Assembly: GCF_009834535.1 (NCBI RefSeq)
Contig: NC_045720.1
Coordinates: 25,234,001 to 25,298,000, forward strand
Source of the DNA: Camelus ferus
Lineage: Eukaryota
Length of the DNA: 64,000 nucleotides
Reading direction: 5' to 3'
The translations under genes were made by a program, and so were the position numbers. Within the stretch, counting starts at the first letter, position 1. The number at the start of each line of letters is the position of its first letter. The notes beneath the pieces were generated by a model. The model had not been told where the DNA came from. It saw nothing but the letters and a program-made list of their open reading frames with translations, and ran no database searches. Shown here one piece after another: positions 52,441 to 64,000 of the stretch.

Positions 52441-55092
52441 GCTTCCTGCATAATGTTTTGTCTTAATGGCTGGTTGATTTTGGACTTGGGAGAAAAGATC
52501 GGTTCAATAAATCTCTGGTCATTTATAAGCCCAGGATACACGTGGACAGTGCTGAACTAAAAAGAATAAAATGTTTATCTTGAAGATGTTATTTTGAAAA
52601 AAATTAGAAAACATTATTTAACTAAGATAATTTTACATACTGGGAAAGGCTAATATAGGGCTCATCTTCCCTTGTGCTAAGATAAATTTATATTCTTCCC
52701 TTTACCTCAAGGCTTCCAGGCTTAGTGTTGCCACTGTGGAACTCTATATACTTAACAAAAAAGGGCATTTTACGAAAACAAATGATTTCCAGCTTCAAGT
52801 ACTAATAGGAAAAAAAAAGAAATAAAAATCTATCGTATGCTTAGCATCTAAATAAGTTCATTGTCTGCTTTTTCACTTGTCGTTCCCAACATATTCAAGT
52901 GACTAATGGAATCCCCTTTATTTCTTATTTTTTTTGATATTAGATAACCTCAAAACTTAATTATGCTATGAGTTTCACAGCCCTTTTATTGAAAATATTC
53001 TCCTCATCCCTCTCCAAAAGTCCATGTCCTCCACATCCAAAACTAATCTCTTCCACTAAACTTTTTGAGCGGAACTGCATTTTTCCCTTACCCTTTTTCC
53101 TGCAATACTTATTATCTGCATACCTCCCAATGACCTCTTTATAACACCAAACAAATGTGTAGTCTTACTGGAAGTCTATAGTAAGGCAAATACTGTTTTC
53201 TCTATATATAGATTTACAAGAGAAACATTATTTTTACTTTCAGCAAAAGATGCTACCTATATCATTTATACTCAGTGCTAAAAGACATGCTCTGATATCT
53301 CTCTTTGCTGGTGCCCAGCCCTTTTCAAAAGTGCGGGGGGCAGGGCAGGGAAGGTGGTTAAAGCAGAGACAGCCCTGGAGCAGCAAGCAGAAGACATAAC
53401 AGCGTTGGGAAACTATGTCAGATTGAGTCATTGCTACCAGGCTCTGAAAGAGAACCGTGGAGGTCATTTTGCATTTTCTTCAAGTGATTATGAAAAAGAC
53501 AAACTAGTTCCATATGGTGGCGGGGAGAGAACTCAGAGCCAAAATAAAAATCTACTCAGCTTGTCAGGATGTAAGACCTTAAAGTTCTGATATCTAAGAG
53601 TCTGTCTGCTATTTAAAAGAGCTAAGGCCAAACTTTAATTTATTATACATGCAACTCCCGGTGCCTTGGGTAATGAAAGAGACTCTTGCCCCACCCTGAA
53701 TACATGAAGATGTAAAGATGTGTATGGCAGTCTTTTAAGTAGACAAAATTAGTGAGAAGCTGGGTGCGTGGGATTAGGCTGCCTATTTTAATGAAAAGAA
53801 AGTTGTAGAATGACTTGTATGATATAAAAGTGTTATTTTAAGTGTTATTTTAAAGCCTTCTCTTCCATAACAGAACTCACTGTTGTCCTTCATTCATTAA
53901 GGAATGTAATTTATTCATTCTAGTTATTGAAATTTCTATAAGTGAAGGAAAAGGAGTAACTACATTTTCATCAAAAATGACTAGAAAATCATGACCAATT
54001 TTGGCATGCATCTGTGTTTCATTTTCCCGTCAGATGCTAATTGAAAAAATAAAAAATGCTGAAATTCTTTACAGTTACTGACCAATTGGTACTCATTAAT
54101 GTTCTCCCCCTTTAATTAGGAAAAATTAGTTTAAAAGGATGAATACCATGATTTTGTTTTGTGGCTGCCTTTTTGGTCACATCTGACAGTATTCTGTGGA
54201 GTTTTGTGCTGCCGTTATTTTGGGGTTGGTTTTTGTTGTTGTTTTGACATCTTCCATATTTCTGTTCCTAAGCCAAATGCTTTGCTCTGGAATAACATTT
54301 GGTTTTTATCTCCTGTCACATCATCCTTCATGCAAGCCATGTCTACACTGGCTGAACACAAGAAATAAGTGTCCAGGATTCTCGTACTGTTATTTTGGGG
54401 GCTGTGTTCTCTCCAATGACTCACAGTTCAAGTCCCTTTTGCCATAATCAAATGCAAAGCTGACTTTGGCCCTTCTGTATATTGACTTTTCTTTTGTAAA
54501 GTGGTGTTCCATTAGCAGAATAGAGAAAGTCATGGATAGTTAATTATACACACTTTTCAACATGAACTAAAACCAGTAATAAAAAGGACCACATAAATAT
54601 TCTGTTTGAGCCTCAATTCAAGTAAGTTTTCTTATCTGATTATAAAAAATACTTGACATTAGTGAATGGCCAGCCCTTAGTTTGCCCCCATGAAATAAGC
54701 AGCTATGATTGTTGACTTTGGGTCAACAATTGCTATTCTGTGCTAGGGTAAATAGTGGCTAAGAAAGAATGAGCCCCTCAACCACACAGAGTACCTATCC
54801 TTGACTATACAGTTGCTTTAGAATCCTTCCGGGATTCCACAGAGGCATAGTTGTCCTCATTTGTAAATTTCTTAAAATAATGTTGAAAAAAATTATTTTT
54901 TAAAAAATGCCATCTCTATTTCCCAGTGCAAGAGAATGACTCTTCCTTAAAAGAACGTAAGCAGCTCCCTGTGACATGCTAAGGATATAGACATGGGGAG
55001 ATGAATTCTACTGTATATAAATTACAAGTTTTACTCAGCCTTGTGTGGTGAAAAGTCCACTATTCCTCAAAATGTTGGTCTCCTCTACTTTT

Positions 55093-55159
55093 TTTACTGA
55101 GATATAATTGACATATAACATTATATTAGTTTCAGGTGTACACCATAATTATTATATAT

Positions 55160-55194
<35 letters not shown>

Positions 55195-55451
55195 CACATA
55201 CACATATATATATATATATTGCAGAGTAATCACCACACTAAGTCTAGTTAACATCCATCACCATACACAGTTAACATTTTTTTTCTTGGGATGAGAACTT
55301 TTAAGATCTATTCTAGCAACTTGAGGATATATAATATGGTATTACGAACTACAAGCACCATGCTGTACATTATATCCCCAGGACTTACTTATTTTGTAAC
55401 TGAAAGTTTGTACCTTTTGACTGCCTACACCCATTTTGCTCTCCTCTCACT
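55093..55451 (-). mobile_element. 5'-truncated L1 3' end (L1MA9-like) with TSD
   Basis: Contains gagatataattgacatataacattatattagtttcaggtgtaca and gtaactgaaagtttgtaccttttgac. TSD TCTACTTTT at 55084-55092 and 55452-55460 is followed by AA, the L1 endonuclease site. Confidence 0.85.
55153..55219. repeat. (TA)n/(TACA)n microsatellite inside the L1 3' end
   Basis: Directly visible. Confidence 0.95.
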
Positions 55452-56069
55452 TCTACTTTTAAATTGTTGTAACCAATATGTCACAATATTTATATTGCGC
55501 TATTTTGGTACTCTTCTACATTTCTTGTTTTCAAGATCCCTAATCTGGGCAAGGCCTTAAGAAAATCTTTTACATCTTCATAGGCCTTTTTTTTTTTTTT
55601 TCTGCCTTCAAAATAATTTTAGCTGAAGAATTTACCTTAACCGTCTTTTAATTTTGAATTTGTTCTATGATATCAGCTGACTTGCACACAATACAAATAA
55701 ATCATTCAATAAAATACAAGAACTAATAAGAATTAAGACATAGGCTTTCTTCATTTATTCTGTCTGTGTAATATATCAAACATGTTTTCATATCCTGGAG
55801 TCTCTGAGAAAATGAGAACAAAAACAGAATTGGAAAGATGAGGAAGGTGTACATGTACGTGTGTGTGTGTGTGTATTCTTTAATTATTTCTCTTGATTGA
55901 CAAGGAAATGGGATTTTGAGTACCTAGCTAAATAAGATGCAAACTCTATCCTCTGAAAACATGAGCCAGGTATATTTTGGCTATTAGGGTTATTGATATT
56001 TGGTTTTGATTTTACTTGCTACCTTTAGCCTGTTTAAAATTAATTGCACCCATCATTAGTTCACATCCG

Positions 56070-56690
56070 TAATTTATTTATTTAGTGAACTTTGAACCTC
56101 TCTTAAGTATGAGACACTGTTCTAGATTCTGGTGATTCAAAGTTCAGTAAGACACAGCTTATGCCTTAAGGAGTTCATAGTTTACTATGAGAGAAGACAA
56201 GTAAAAAGACAACAACTAAAATACAGCACAGTGTTTCATCATAACGATAGCCACCTGATGTTCGAGGTCATACTTGAAGTGAATCTCAAAGGGTGCATAT
56301 GAGTTCAGCAGCTGGAAAGACCTTCCAGGAAGAGGGGACAGAGAAATAAGACTGTGGTGCTTTAAGGGAACAAGCGTTTGGTTAAGTCTGGAGCATCACG
56401 TATGTGTGCGGGAAATAAGAGGTAGGAGGTGTGGGGTTGGTGTGGGAGAGAGTAGATGAGGGCTAGATCTTCAAAGTCCTCATAAACCACAGTTAGGGAC
56501 TTGGCCTTTATCTTTATGTGCTGGGAGAACAACCAAGGGATTTTAACCAGAGTAGAGGAATGACGATGAGAGGCATGTTTTTGAATCAGCCACATGCAGA
56601 GTGGATTCTAGGGAGAAGCGTCAAGAGCAAGACTCAATAGTCAGACCAGTTAAAAGACTTTTTTAAAAAATACAGGAAGAAGCTGCAAGG
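56070..56690 (-). mobile_element. L2a 3' region
   Basis: gacactgttctagattctgg, ccttaaggagttcatagtt, ttccaggaagagggg, ggattttaaccagag. Confidence 0.75.
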
Positions 56691-56929
56691 ACGAGAAAAC
56701 TGACCTTCAAGTCTTGATTAAGTGGATCTGGAAAAAATGTCTCTTTACTCACAGATCCTAACGTACACCATTAATGAGACCCATGGAGGTGAAGGTCAGG
56801 ACAAAACATTGTAGATGTTTATTGTATAATTTATTCCAACCCTAACGTATATACTTGCATACGTATTTAGAGATATATGAAGATACCCTTAAACTTGTGA
56901 CAATTGATGATAAAGTCATAGAATAGCTT

Positions 56930-57385
56930 CCAAATGATGTTGGAGAAGAATATGTAATGGCTTGGAAAAATAGTCGTAAAATCATATATGAAAAGCATGT
57001 TATTAAAAGACATGTAAAGTATGATTTTATTTTCACTTATATTTATACATGAGGAGAAACCCTTTTAGGGGTACAACACTGACATAAGCAATTACTTCTA
57101 GATTGGTAGATGAGATGGGCCTGTGGGCAAAAACTTCACTTGCTTTGTTCAAAATTTTTATAGAATATGATCAGGTATTACACGTTTACTTAAATATAAT
57201 TAATATTTTATATTTGGAGGGGAAAAACAAGGAAAAGTCTAAATGTATATAAACCATAATGTCGAGAGTAGCTGTATTTGGAGATGAGGTTTGGGTTGCT
57301 TTTTATTTTTTTCCTTTTGCTTTTCTCTACTTTCTAAATTTATAATTGTGCATTCCTATTGCCTTGGTAATACAAATAAATTATT
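56930..57385 (+). mobile_element. Old L1ME-like 3' fragment
   Basis: Degenerate 3'UTR-like ending ttttttccttttgcttttctctactttctaaattt...aataaa. Confidence 0.4.
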
Positions 57386-59399
57386 GTAAATTATGAGGTT
57401 TAAGTTTAACCTTTATATAAAACTATAAACTATATTCAGTACATAGCAGTCACTCATTTACAACATTTGTGCTAAATAACCTACAAAAGACTGTGTAGAA
57501 AAATCACTGTGTCCTGGAAAGTTTATCCCCATTAGTGAGTTTAAAGCTACTACAGAGAAAATGGTATTTACATACCTTAAGTTAGTAAGAAGGAGAGTCA
57601 TCAAAAATTATAGAGGATCCAAGAATCAGAGTTGGAATTAGCATCACTCGTCCAGGAATGCCTGTGCGCTAAGCTTACCCACTCCCAGTGAGGGGTGGGG
57701 GAGGGATTTCAGGCCAGCAGAATCAGAGCTCTACTTAATTTCGAAATCATTCATCTTCTTCCCCAGACTCCAATTCTGTGTTCACCAAACAAGATACTTT
57801 CTGATTAAAATTTGTCTTTCTGTGTGAAATTCTCTCTAAGGAGACCATGAGACCAGGCCCCCTATTTTGATGGTAAATGGAGACCTGACAAAATTCCCCC
57901 TTAGTTTTATGAGTATGTGTCTATCTCTGAAAGGATGAGAAAGTGATCAAATTAAAACTTCAGACCAGATTTAGAAGATGGTAAGGTCACCAGGTAACAT
58001 GTCCCAGGACTCCCCTTGGTGACCTCTCACCTTACTTTCCCCTGGTGAAAACTACCTCCACATGGGCTGCCTGTAACCTAAACTGTGAATTCACACTTTA
58101 AAAATCTACAGTTTTGTATCACCAGTGACTTTTAGACTACCTCTCAGAGTTTTAAAATATAAGCTTATATGTGATAATTCAGTATCAGAAGCTTTTTGGC
58201 CCTCTGTTAACTACAGGTTCTATAAATTATTTAAACAAGACTTGAGTAGGATCTAATTATATATTTTGCTATGGCTAAAATTTCTGCAGAATATTTGTAA
58301 AATATTTTGGCATAATCATTATCATTCAACACTACTGTTATTTGCTAAAAATATTATTAACCTCACAAAATAATATTGAGACATATACCTATATTTAAGT
58401 GCAAACATAAGTCAAATATATATAGAAATATATATATATAGATCCAAATGTTAATTAATCTTTACTATTTTTTGTTGAGTAATTATATAGAATTTTGTTT
58501 AGAGTTAGCCTAGGTCCTAGCAGTGTCTCACATAGAGATTTAATCACCTAATATCTACACTGTGGGTGGCTGGGATTCATAAGTGATGCTCAGGCACAGA
58601 AGTGGTAACACACATGGATTTGAAGGGAATATTGCTAGATGATTTTGATGAAAGAGAGCAAAGGAATATCAGATGGAGTTAGAGAGAGGGGTAGGTTTCA
58701 ACCAGAGTAGATCTTGAATATCAATCTGATGCCACTGACAACCTTAGTTTAGCTGTTCTGAGCCCTGAGGAACCATGAAGGACCTGAGCAAGTTTGTTTG
58801 TTCGAAGTGCCCAAATGGTTATGAAAGCAGCCTGTAGGATCCGTAGGAAATTAGCAGATGTCAGGGAACTACATTAGACCACTATTATGATTTGTCAACA
58901 AGTTTTTGAATTGTAGACCAGTATTCTTCAAAATGTTCTCTAGGACAGTCTGCAAAGAGTCATTTGAGATGCTAGCTTAAAACACAAATTTGTTGGCCTA
59001 GTGAATAGGTCTTTTTCAAAAATCATATAAAATGTAAATTTTATATAAGAAATGTCTCTAGAGAGTAAGGCAGGGTCTTTGAAGAATGCCATATTTGTGG
59101 CTTAAACAGTAGGGTTTTGAACTTCATTTTAGGAATACTACCAGAATGCAGACCCTCAAGGGCATGTCTTTCTCTCTCTTTTGTTTGCTGACATATCTTA
59201 AGCGCTTAGAATAATTTCTGGTATATAGTATGTGATCAACAAATATGTTTTTATTACAATAACTATTAAACCAACAAGTCACTCTTCTTACAAAATTATT
59301 ATTATTTTAATAATAGGGTTAATATAGGGTGGGTGGCAGTATGGAAAGTGTGGGAGATGGGACTGCTGCACCTAACAGGGGAGGGCTACCTAATGATTA

Positions 59400-59615
59400 A
59401 TAAGAGCTTGGATTTTAAAATCAACCATAGCTAAATTCCTGCTTACTTAGCCTCTGAGCCTTGGTTTACAAAATTGGAATATTGGTACCTGGATCACAGA
59501 TTTAATATAAAAATCAAATTAAATAACAACTGGAAAGCATTTAGCAGAGTGCTTGGCATGGAGTAAGTCCTCTGTTTAGCACATCATCAATATTCAGTAT
59601 TACCACAGTGATATG
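59400..59615 (+). mobile_element. MIR SINE
   Basis: cctctgagccttggtttacaaaattgg and aaagcatttagcagagtgcttggcatggagtaag. Confidence 0.6.
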
Positions 59616-59790
59616 CTGTAGTGACACTCTACAAGGCATTTTTTGTTTAGGGATTAATACTTGTAGTAATAAAATAAACCTATTTCCTTTTGTGGATCTT
59701 GCATTATCAGAAAACCATATGAATTTGAGTATGCATGGTGAAATAACACCAAGCACACAGCCAGAGAGAATTTTACCTGTCTAATTTGGA

Positions 59791-59883
59791 TTCTTTCCTT
59801 CCTTCCTTCCTTCCTTCCTTCCTTCTCTGTCTCTCTCCGTCTCTCTCTCTCTGTCTCTCTCTCGATCGCTCTTTCTTTCTTTT
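59791..59883. repeat. (TTCC)7 plus (TC)n polypyrimidine tract
   Basis: TTCC x7 at 59795-59822, followed by a TC-rich tract. Confidence 0.95.
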
Positions 59884-60043
59884 GGTTTAGGGAATCTGAG
59901 TCTCACAGCAGTTTGTTAGAAACGTTTAGTTCAGAGAAGGGAGAAAATTATGAAAAAGGCAAACATTCAACAAACAAGTCTTCTGGGTTCTGTTATTCTG
60001 TTGACTGGCTTATCTTTCCTTTTTTTTTTTTTTTAAACTTCAG

Positions 60044-60174
60044 GTTGTATTTAAAGGGTCACACTGGGACTGCAGGAAAACAGAGCAGCCTGATCTTACA
60101 CGGTGCTGATTTCAGCACTAAAGATGCTGATAATGACAACTGCATGTGCAAATGTGCCCTCATGCTAACAGGAG
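60044..60174 (+). CDS. ANGPT1: Angiopoietin-1 exon 8 (fibrinogen-like domain, Ca-binding loop region)
   Basis: Acceptor T15-aaacttcag| and donor GAG|gtaagt; 131 nt, phase 2-1. Translates (R)LYLKGHTGTAGKQSSLILHGADFSTKDADNDNCMCKCALMLTG(G). Confidence 0.98.
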
Positions 60175-63100
60175 GTAAGTCCTACAGGGCCATTCTCTAA
60201 GTTATGCTTCATTGGTTTGAGGCTTGAGGTTTCTTATCTGTGAGAAAGAACTATGATCTTCTGGTCAGGAAACTTAAAAGCAAGTCCCTGGAGATCATTT
60301 TCTTCTGCCCACTAATTTACCATATGTTCTTGTGCAAGACATTGCTAGCATATTTAGAGGTTTGCCTCCTCCTCCAGTATCTATGGTGGGAGTGTGCTAA
60401 GCTTGGTTCTGAATAAATTATTGAGCTGCTTAAAGTCAGTTATCTACCTTCTAAATACTTGATACTCATAGTGGCATGAAAAACAATTTGAGAATTCAGC
60501 ATACAGAAAAAACAAAAGAACAAAATTTCTTACAAAATGCCTTATAACTGTGTAATAGAGTTTATTGACCATCCTATTGAAACAGATTAAGAAGAATAAA
60601 GAGGTGTAGCTAGATCTAAAGTTTACAATGCAGACTGGCTATACGGGGGCTGTATATTATACAGTATTGACCTCTGCAGGACATCTGAGCTGGCATAGGA
60701 GATACCGTTAAATAATGTTGTATCACTGAGTTAAACAGTGAATCTGTTTGCACTTTTAAAATATTTTCTCAACCTTCTGACTGTGTCAAAGAGAAATTCT
60801 CAATTTGGTGCTAACATATCTATAACACTTCTTCAGCACTTAGTAATAACCTTTCTAAGCAAAGAAAGAATAAACTCTTTGGCCTCAGGCTCAAGGCCTT
60901 GGTTAGGCAATGCGCCTATCTAGAATTTTAAAAGGTGATTTTATTTTAGTTTTATTGAATTTTATATCTACCTTTTATTATAGTATAGAGTACTGATTTC
61001 CTCTTTAAAGGAATGGTGTAAACTTTGCATAATTAAAAGTATTCACAATAGTTGACATTTAACAAATCATTGATTTAAAGGAAAATATTTATTAAATATT
61101 AACAAAAGCTATAAGTGCGTACGTATGGTAAACATCGGGAAGTTGCTACATGACTGACCAATGCTTGAGAAACACTGAGCTAAAACCTGATGGCAAATGA
61201 TGTAGCTCAAAAATGTTATAGGCTCTGGCAAAAAAGTTTGCACCAAACACAATTGTCAAAGAAACTTTTTCCATTGTTTCTCCTCTCACAGTTTTAGTGT
61301 TGGTTTTCTCTCTTAATGGAATAGTAATCACTCCCACCTTCAACAAAACGTGTTTTCATGCTAGTAAGGAAAAAAACTCTTTAAAAAAAACTCTTATCAT
61401 TTTACTTCCCCAAATACGATATTACTATCATTAATATTACATATTATTACATGTTATTGAATATGTTGTACTATTTTCCGTGAATTCCAAACCAACTCTG
61501 TGAGATAAGCAAGGTGAGAAACTCAAATCTCAAGTTTGTACATAGAGAAAACAAAAGTAAGTAAATGTTCACCATTGTATCCTTAACATCTAGCTCAGTA
61601 GATTGTGGCACATAGGAACTCAATAAAAAAATGTTGTGCATGAACAAATGAATTAACCTCTTTGCACCCTTAAAGTCACTTTCAAATTTTGAATCTAATG
61701 AAATGAATCATTAGGCTGACATTTTTCTTACCAGCTGATAAAACATGAAACAGTATAGAGGGAAGGTTCTGGAGAACTCTCCACTCCCAAACCCTCCATT
61801 ACTACTACCACCAAATCACATCCCATTTTGATTCCCATCCACTCCACTTGTAGTGACATCTTTTCAACATGAGACCAGCCCTAGTATTACCAAAGCCAAC
61901 TTGTAAGGATGCTGTCTCTATCATATCCTCTCCTTAAGCTTTAAACATGCCATTTTGGCATAACATTCAACCTCATCAAATAGTTAAAAGTTTTCTATAT
62001 GCAATTTGATGGTCTCCTCCCCCAAAACAGTTGTTACAAATTTAGAATATTTTTTTAGATGATACCCACAGGTTAGGTTTTGAAATTTTTTCCTGAAAGA
62101 AAATATTACTTACTTTCTTGATCCCATAAATGGAATTGTCAGCAACTTTATACAAGGACAAAAGAAATCTGTCCAATTTCCTGCTCATTTTAATACTGAA
62201 ATACTCTTCATTTTCTCCATGTCTGTTTTTACAGACAATTTTTCTAACCAAGTAAATACAACATATGAAAGACCAATGGTAAAATCTTTCCAATGTTTCC
62301 AATATGTTCATATTCCTGTCATAATAATGAAAACATAGAGCAAAGCAAAAAGAAGAATGCATCTCTTGGTTGTCGATGAGAAAACTTCTTTGCTCAGATT
62401 TGTGGTTTTACTTCTGCTTCAGATGATTGAATTTTGTCATGTTCTTTCATCCATAATCATTCTTGGCCTGCCTCTTACTCACTAATAAACACATGTTGGG
62501 GAGAGAAAATTTCCACTTATTGCCTGGGCTAGAACAGTCTAAGTAAATGTGTTTTTGTAATAAACGCCATTACCCTATCAAATATCCTTTTGAAAGAATC
62601 CAGGTCTTGCAAAGCTATTCACTCTGCACAACTAAAATGTGGAATTTAGATAGCTAAGAACTGGAGAACATAAGGATGAATGTCAGTGACAGTCTGGGTA
62701 ACTTGAGTATTGCCTGGAACTTATGTCCTACTTAGCTACCCCCCACCACCATTTATTCTCTGTCATAGTTTCCCTTAGAGCCATTTTCTCCATCTGATGA
62801 TTTTTCCTTTCTTCTGAAAAATTTTGTTATTTGGACTTTTTGAATATTTAAAATAGTTTCTTAAAAGCAGAGAGGTTTCATACTCCTTGAAACTAATAAT
62901 TCTTAGTTCTCTGTCATTATCAATTAAAGCTTTGTTTTCTCTTGTTTATTTATATATTTTCCATTGTTTCTTCTAAAAAGAATTAAGGATAAAGTAAGAT
63001 TTACTGTCTGCTAACTGTCCTAAATAGTTTTCTTCAAATACATGGGGGTATTTTAGTTGGAGACTGTGGTATTATTGTTACCCTTATCTGTCAAAGACTG

Positions 63101-63224
63101 AACAACAGGAGATAGGCTTAATTGAAAGCAGAAGATATCTCAGCTATATATAAGGTACAACATTTTGATCTTTCTTCCTTCTTTTCTAACATCCTAACTT
63201 CTTAACTTTTCTTCTGTCAATTTA

Positions 63225-63480
63225 ACATTATTTTTTAATGAGTAACTATTAAAAGAGTCAACTACTATTGGAAAAATAAACAAGATAGAATTGAGCTTGT
63301 ATCTATTGAGGGAGACCATCAACAAAAAAGTAAACAAACAAATAAAAAACACAATTTCAAGCTACAAAAAGTTTAGGGACAAAATATAACATGTGACAGA
63401 GTTATTGGAGGAAGCGGGAAGCGATTTTAGATGGAGTGTCCAGGGATCAAAGGCTGGAATGAGTTGCTGGGAAGGATTGT
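63225..63480 (-). mobile_element. L2 3' fragment
   Basis: Antisense L2-like gagtaactatt...aaacaag...attttagatggagtgtccaggg. Confidence 0.45.
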
Positions 63481-63803
63481 GCATTTCTAGTTATGGATAC
63501 CTTCAAGAAGAGAATATAAAGTTATTTACCTGAAAGACTTTACTTATGCACATTCCTCTAATTGTGGGTCTAGATAAAATTATCTTGTGTTTTCTTCTGG
63601 TTCTGTGATTTTATTATTCCAAGTACTCATTGTGGCTGCAGTAGGGAAGAACAAGTAATATTATTTTTCAGTGCATGGGTTGTAGTTCATAGTACATTGC
63701 TGAGTGGAAAGGAGGTATAGCAGAATGAGAAATCACATTTGCATAAGTCAAGAAATAGATACCACAGTGTTTTATACCTCCTTTCCCAGAAGCATATGTA
63801 CTT

Positions 63804-63882
63804 TACATCCAATTTAAATATTGAGTAAAATGCATCCAATTTAAATATTGAATAAAATACATCCAATTTAAATATTTAATAA
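63804..63882. repeat. 27-bp minisatellite, about 2.9 copies
   Basis: tacatccaatttaaatattgagtaaaa / tgcatccaatttaaatattgaataaaa / tacatccaatttaaatatttaataa. Confidence 0.95.
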
Positions 63883-64000
63883 TTTTTATGTTTCATTGAA
63901 CATTTCTTATGGGACTAGACCATATAGTTCAAGGTCAAAATTACCACACACATTTTCTGTGAAACTGACATTAGCGATAATTTGTCGGCATACATTTATA

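Noticed and set aside
38861-60183. Exon 7 and exon 8 donors share GTAAGTCCT
   Set aside because: Six of the nine bases are the U1 consensus; three extra matches are unremarkable.
63804-63882. CRISPR-like repeat array
   Set aside because: Units are head-to-tail with no spacers, the DNA is mammalian, and there are no cas genes.

Overview
AT-rich, CpG-depleted placental-mammal genomic DNA from the interior of the angiopoietin-1 gene (ANGPT1, + strand). Four coding exons are directly readable with GT-AG boundaries and consistent phases: exon 4 (4106-4338), exon 6 (28699-28800), exon 7 (38694-38860) and exon 8 (60044-60174). Exon numbering follows my recollection of the human gene. Exon 5 (expected 128 nt) is not in the called bases and most likely lies in the 212-N gap at 20880-21091. 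Exons 1-3 and 9 are outside the window. The rest is intron, filled with old MIR, L2, L1, MER5 and LTR remnants plus microsatellites. I saw no young lineage-specific SINE, RNA gene, second protein-coding gene or CRISPR-like array. I did not find a convincing new biological system. The best leads are candidate alternative splice sites (an in-frame upstream acceptor for exon 8 and a dual-acceptor cassette in intron 6), two motif-dense candidate enhancers in intron 4, and a pair of related solo LTRs with separate target-site duplications. Repeat family names come from remembered consensus sequences, and old-repeat boundaries are approximate.
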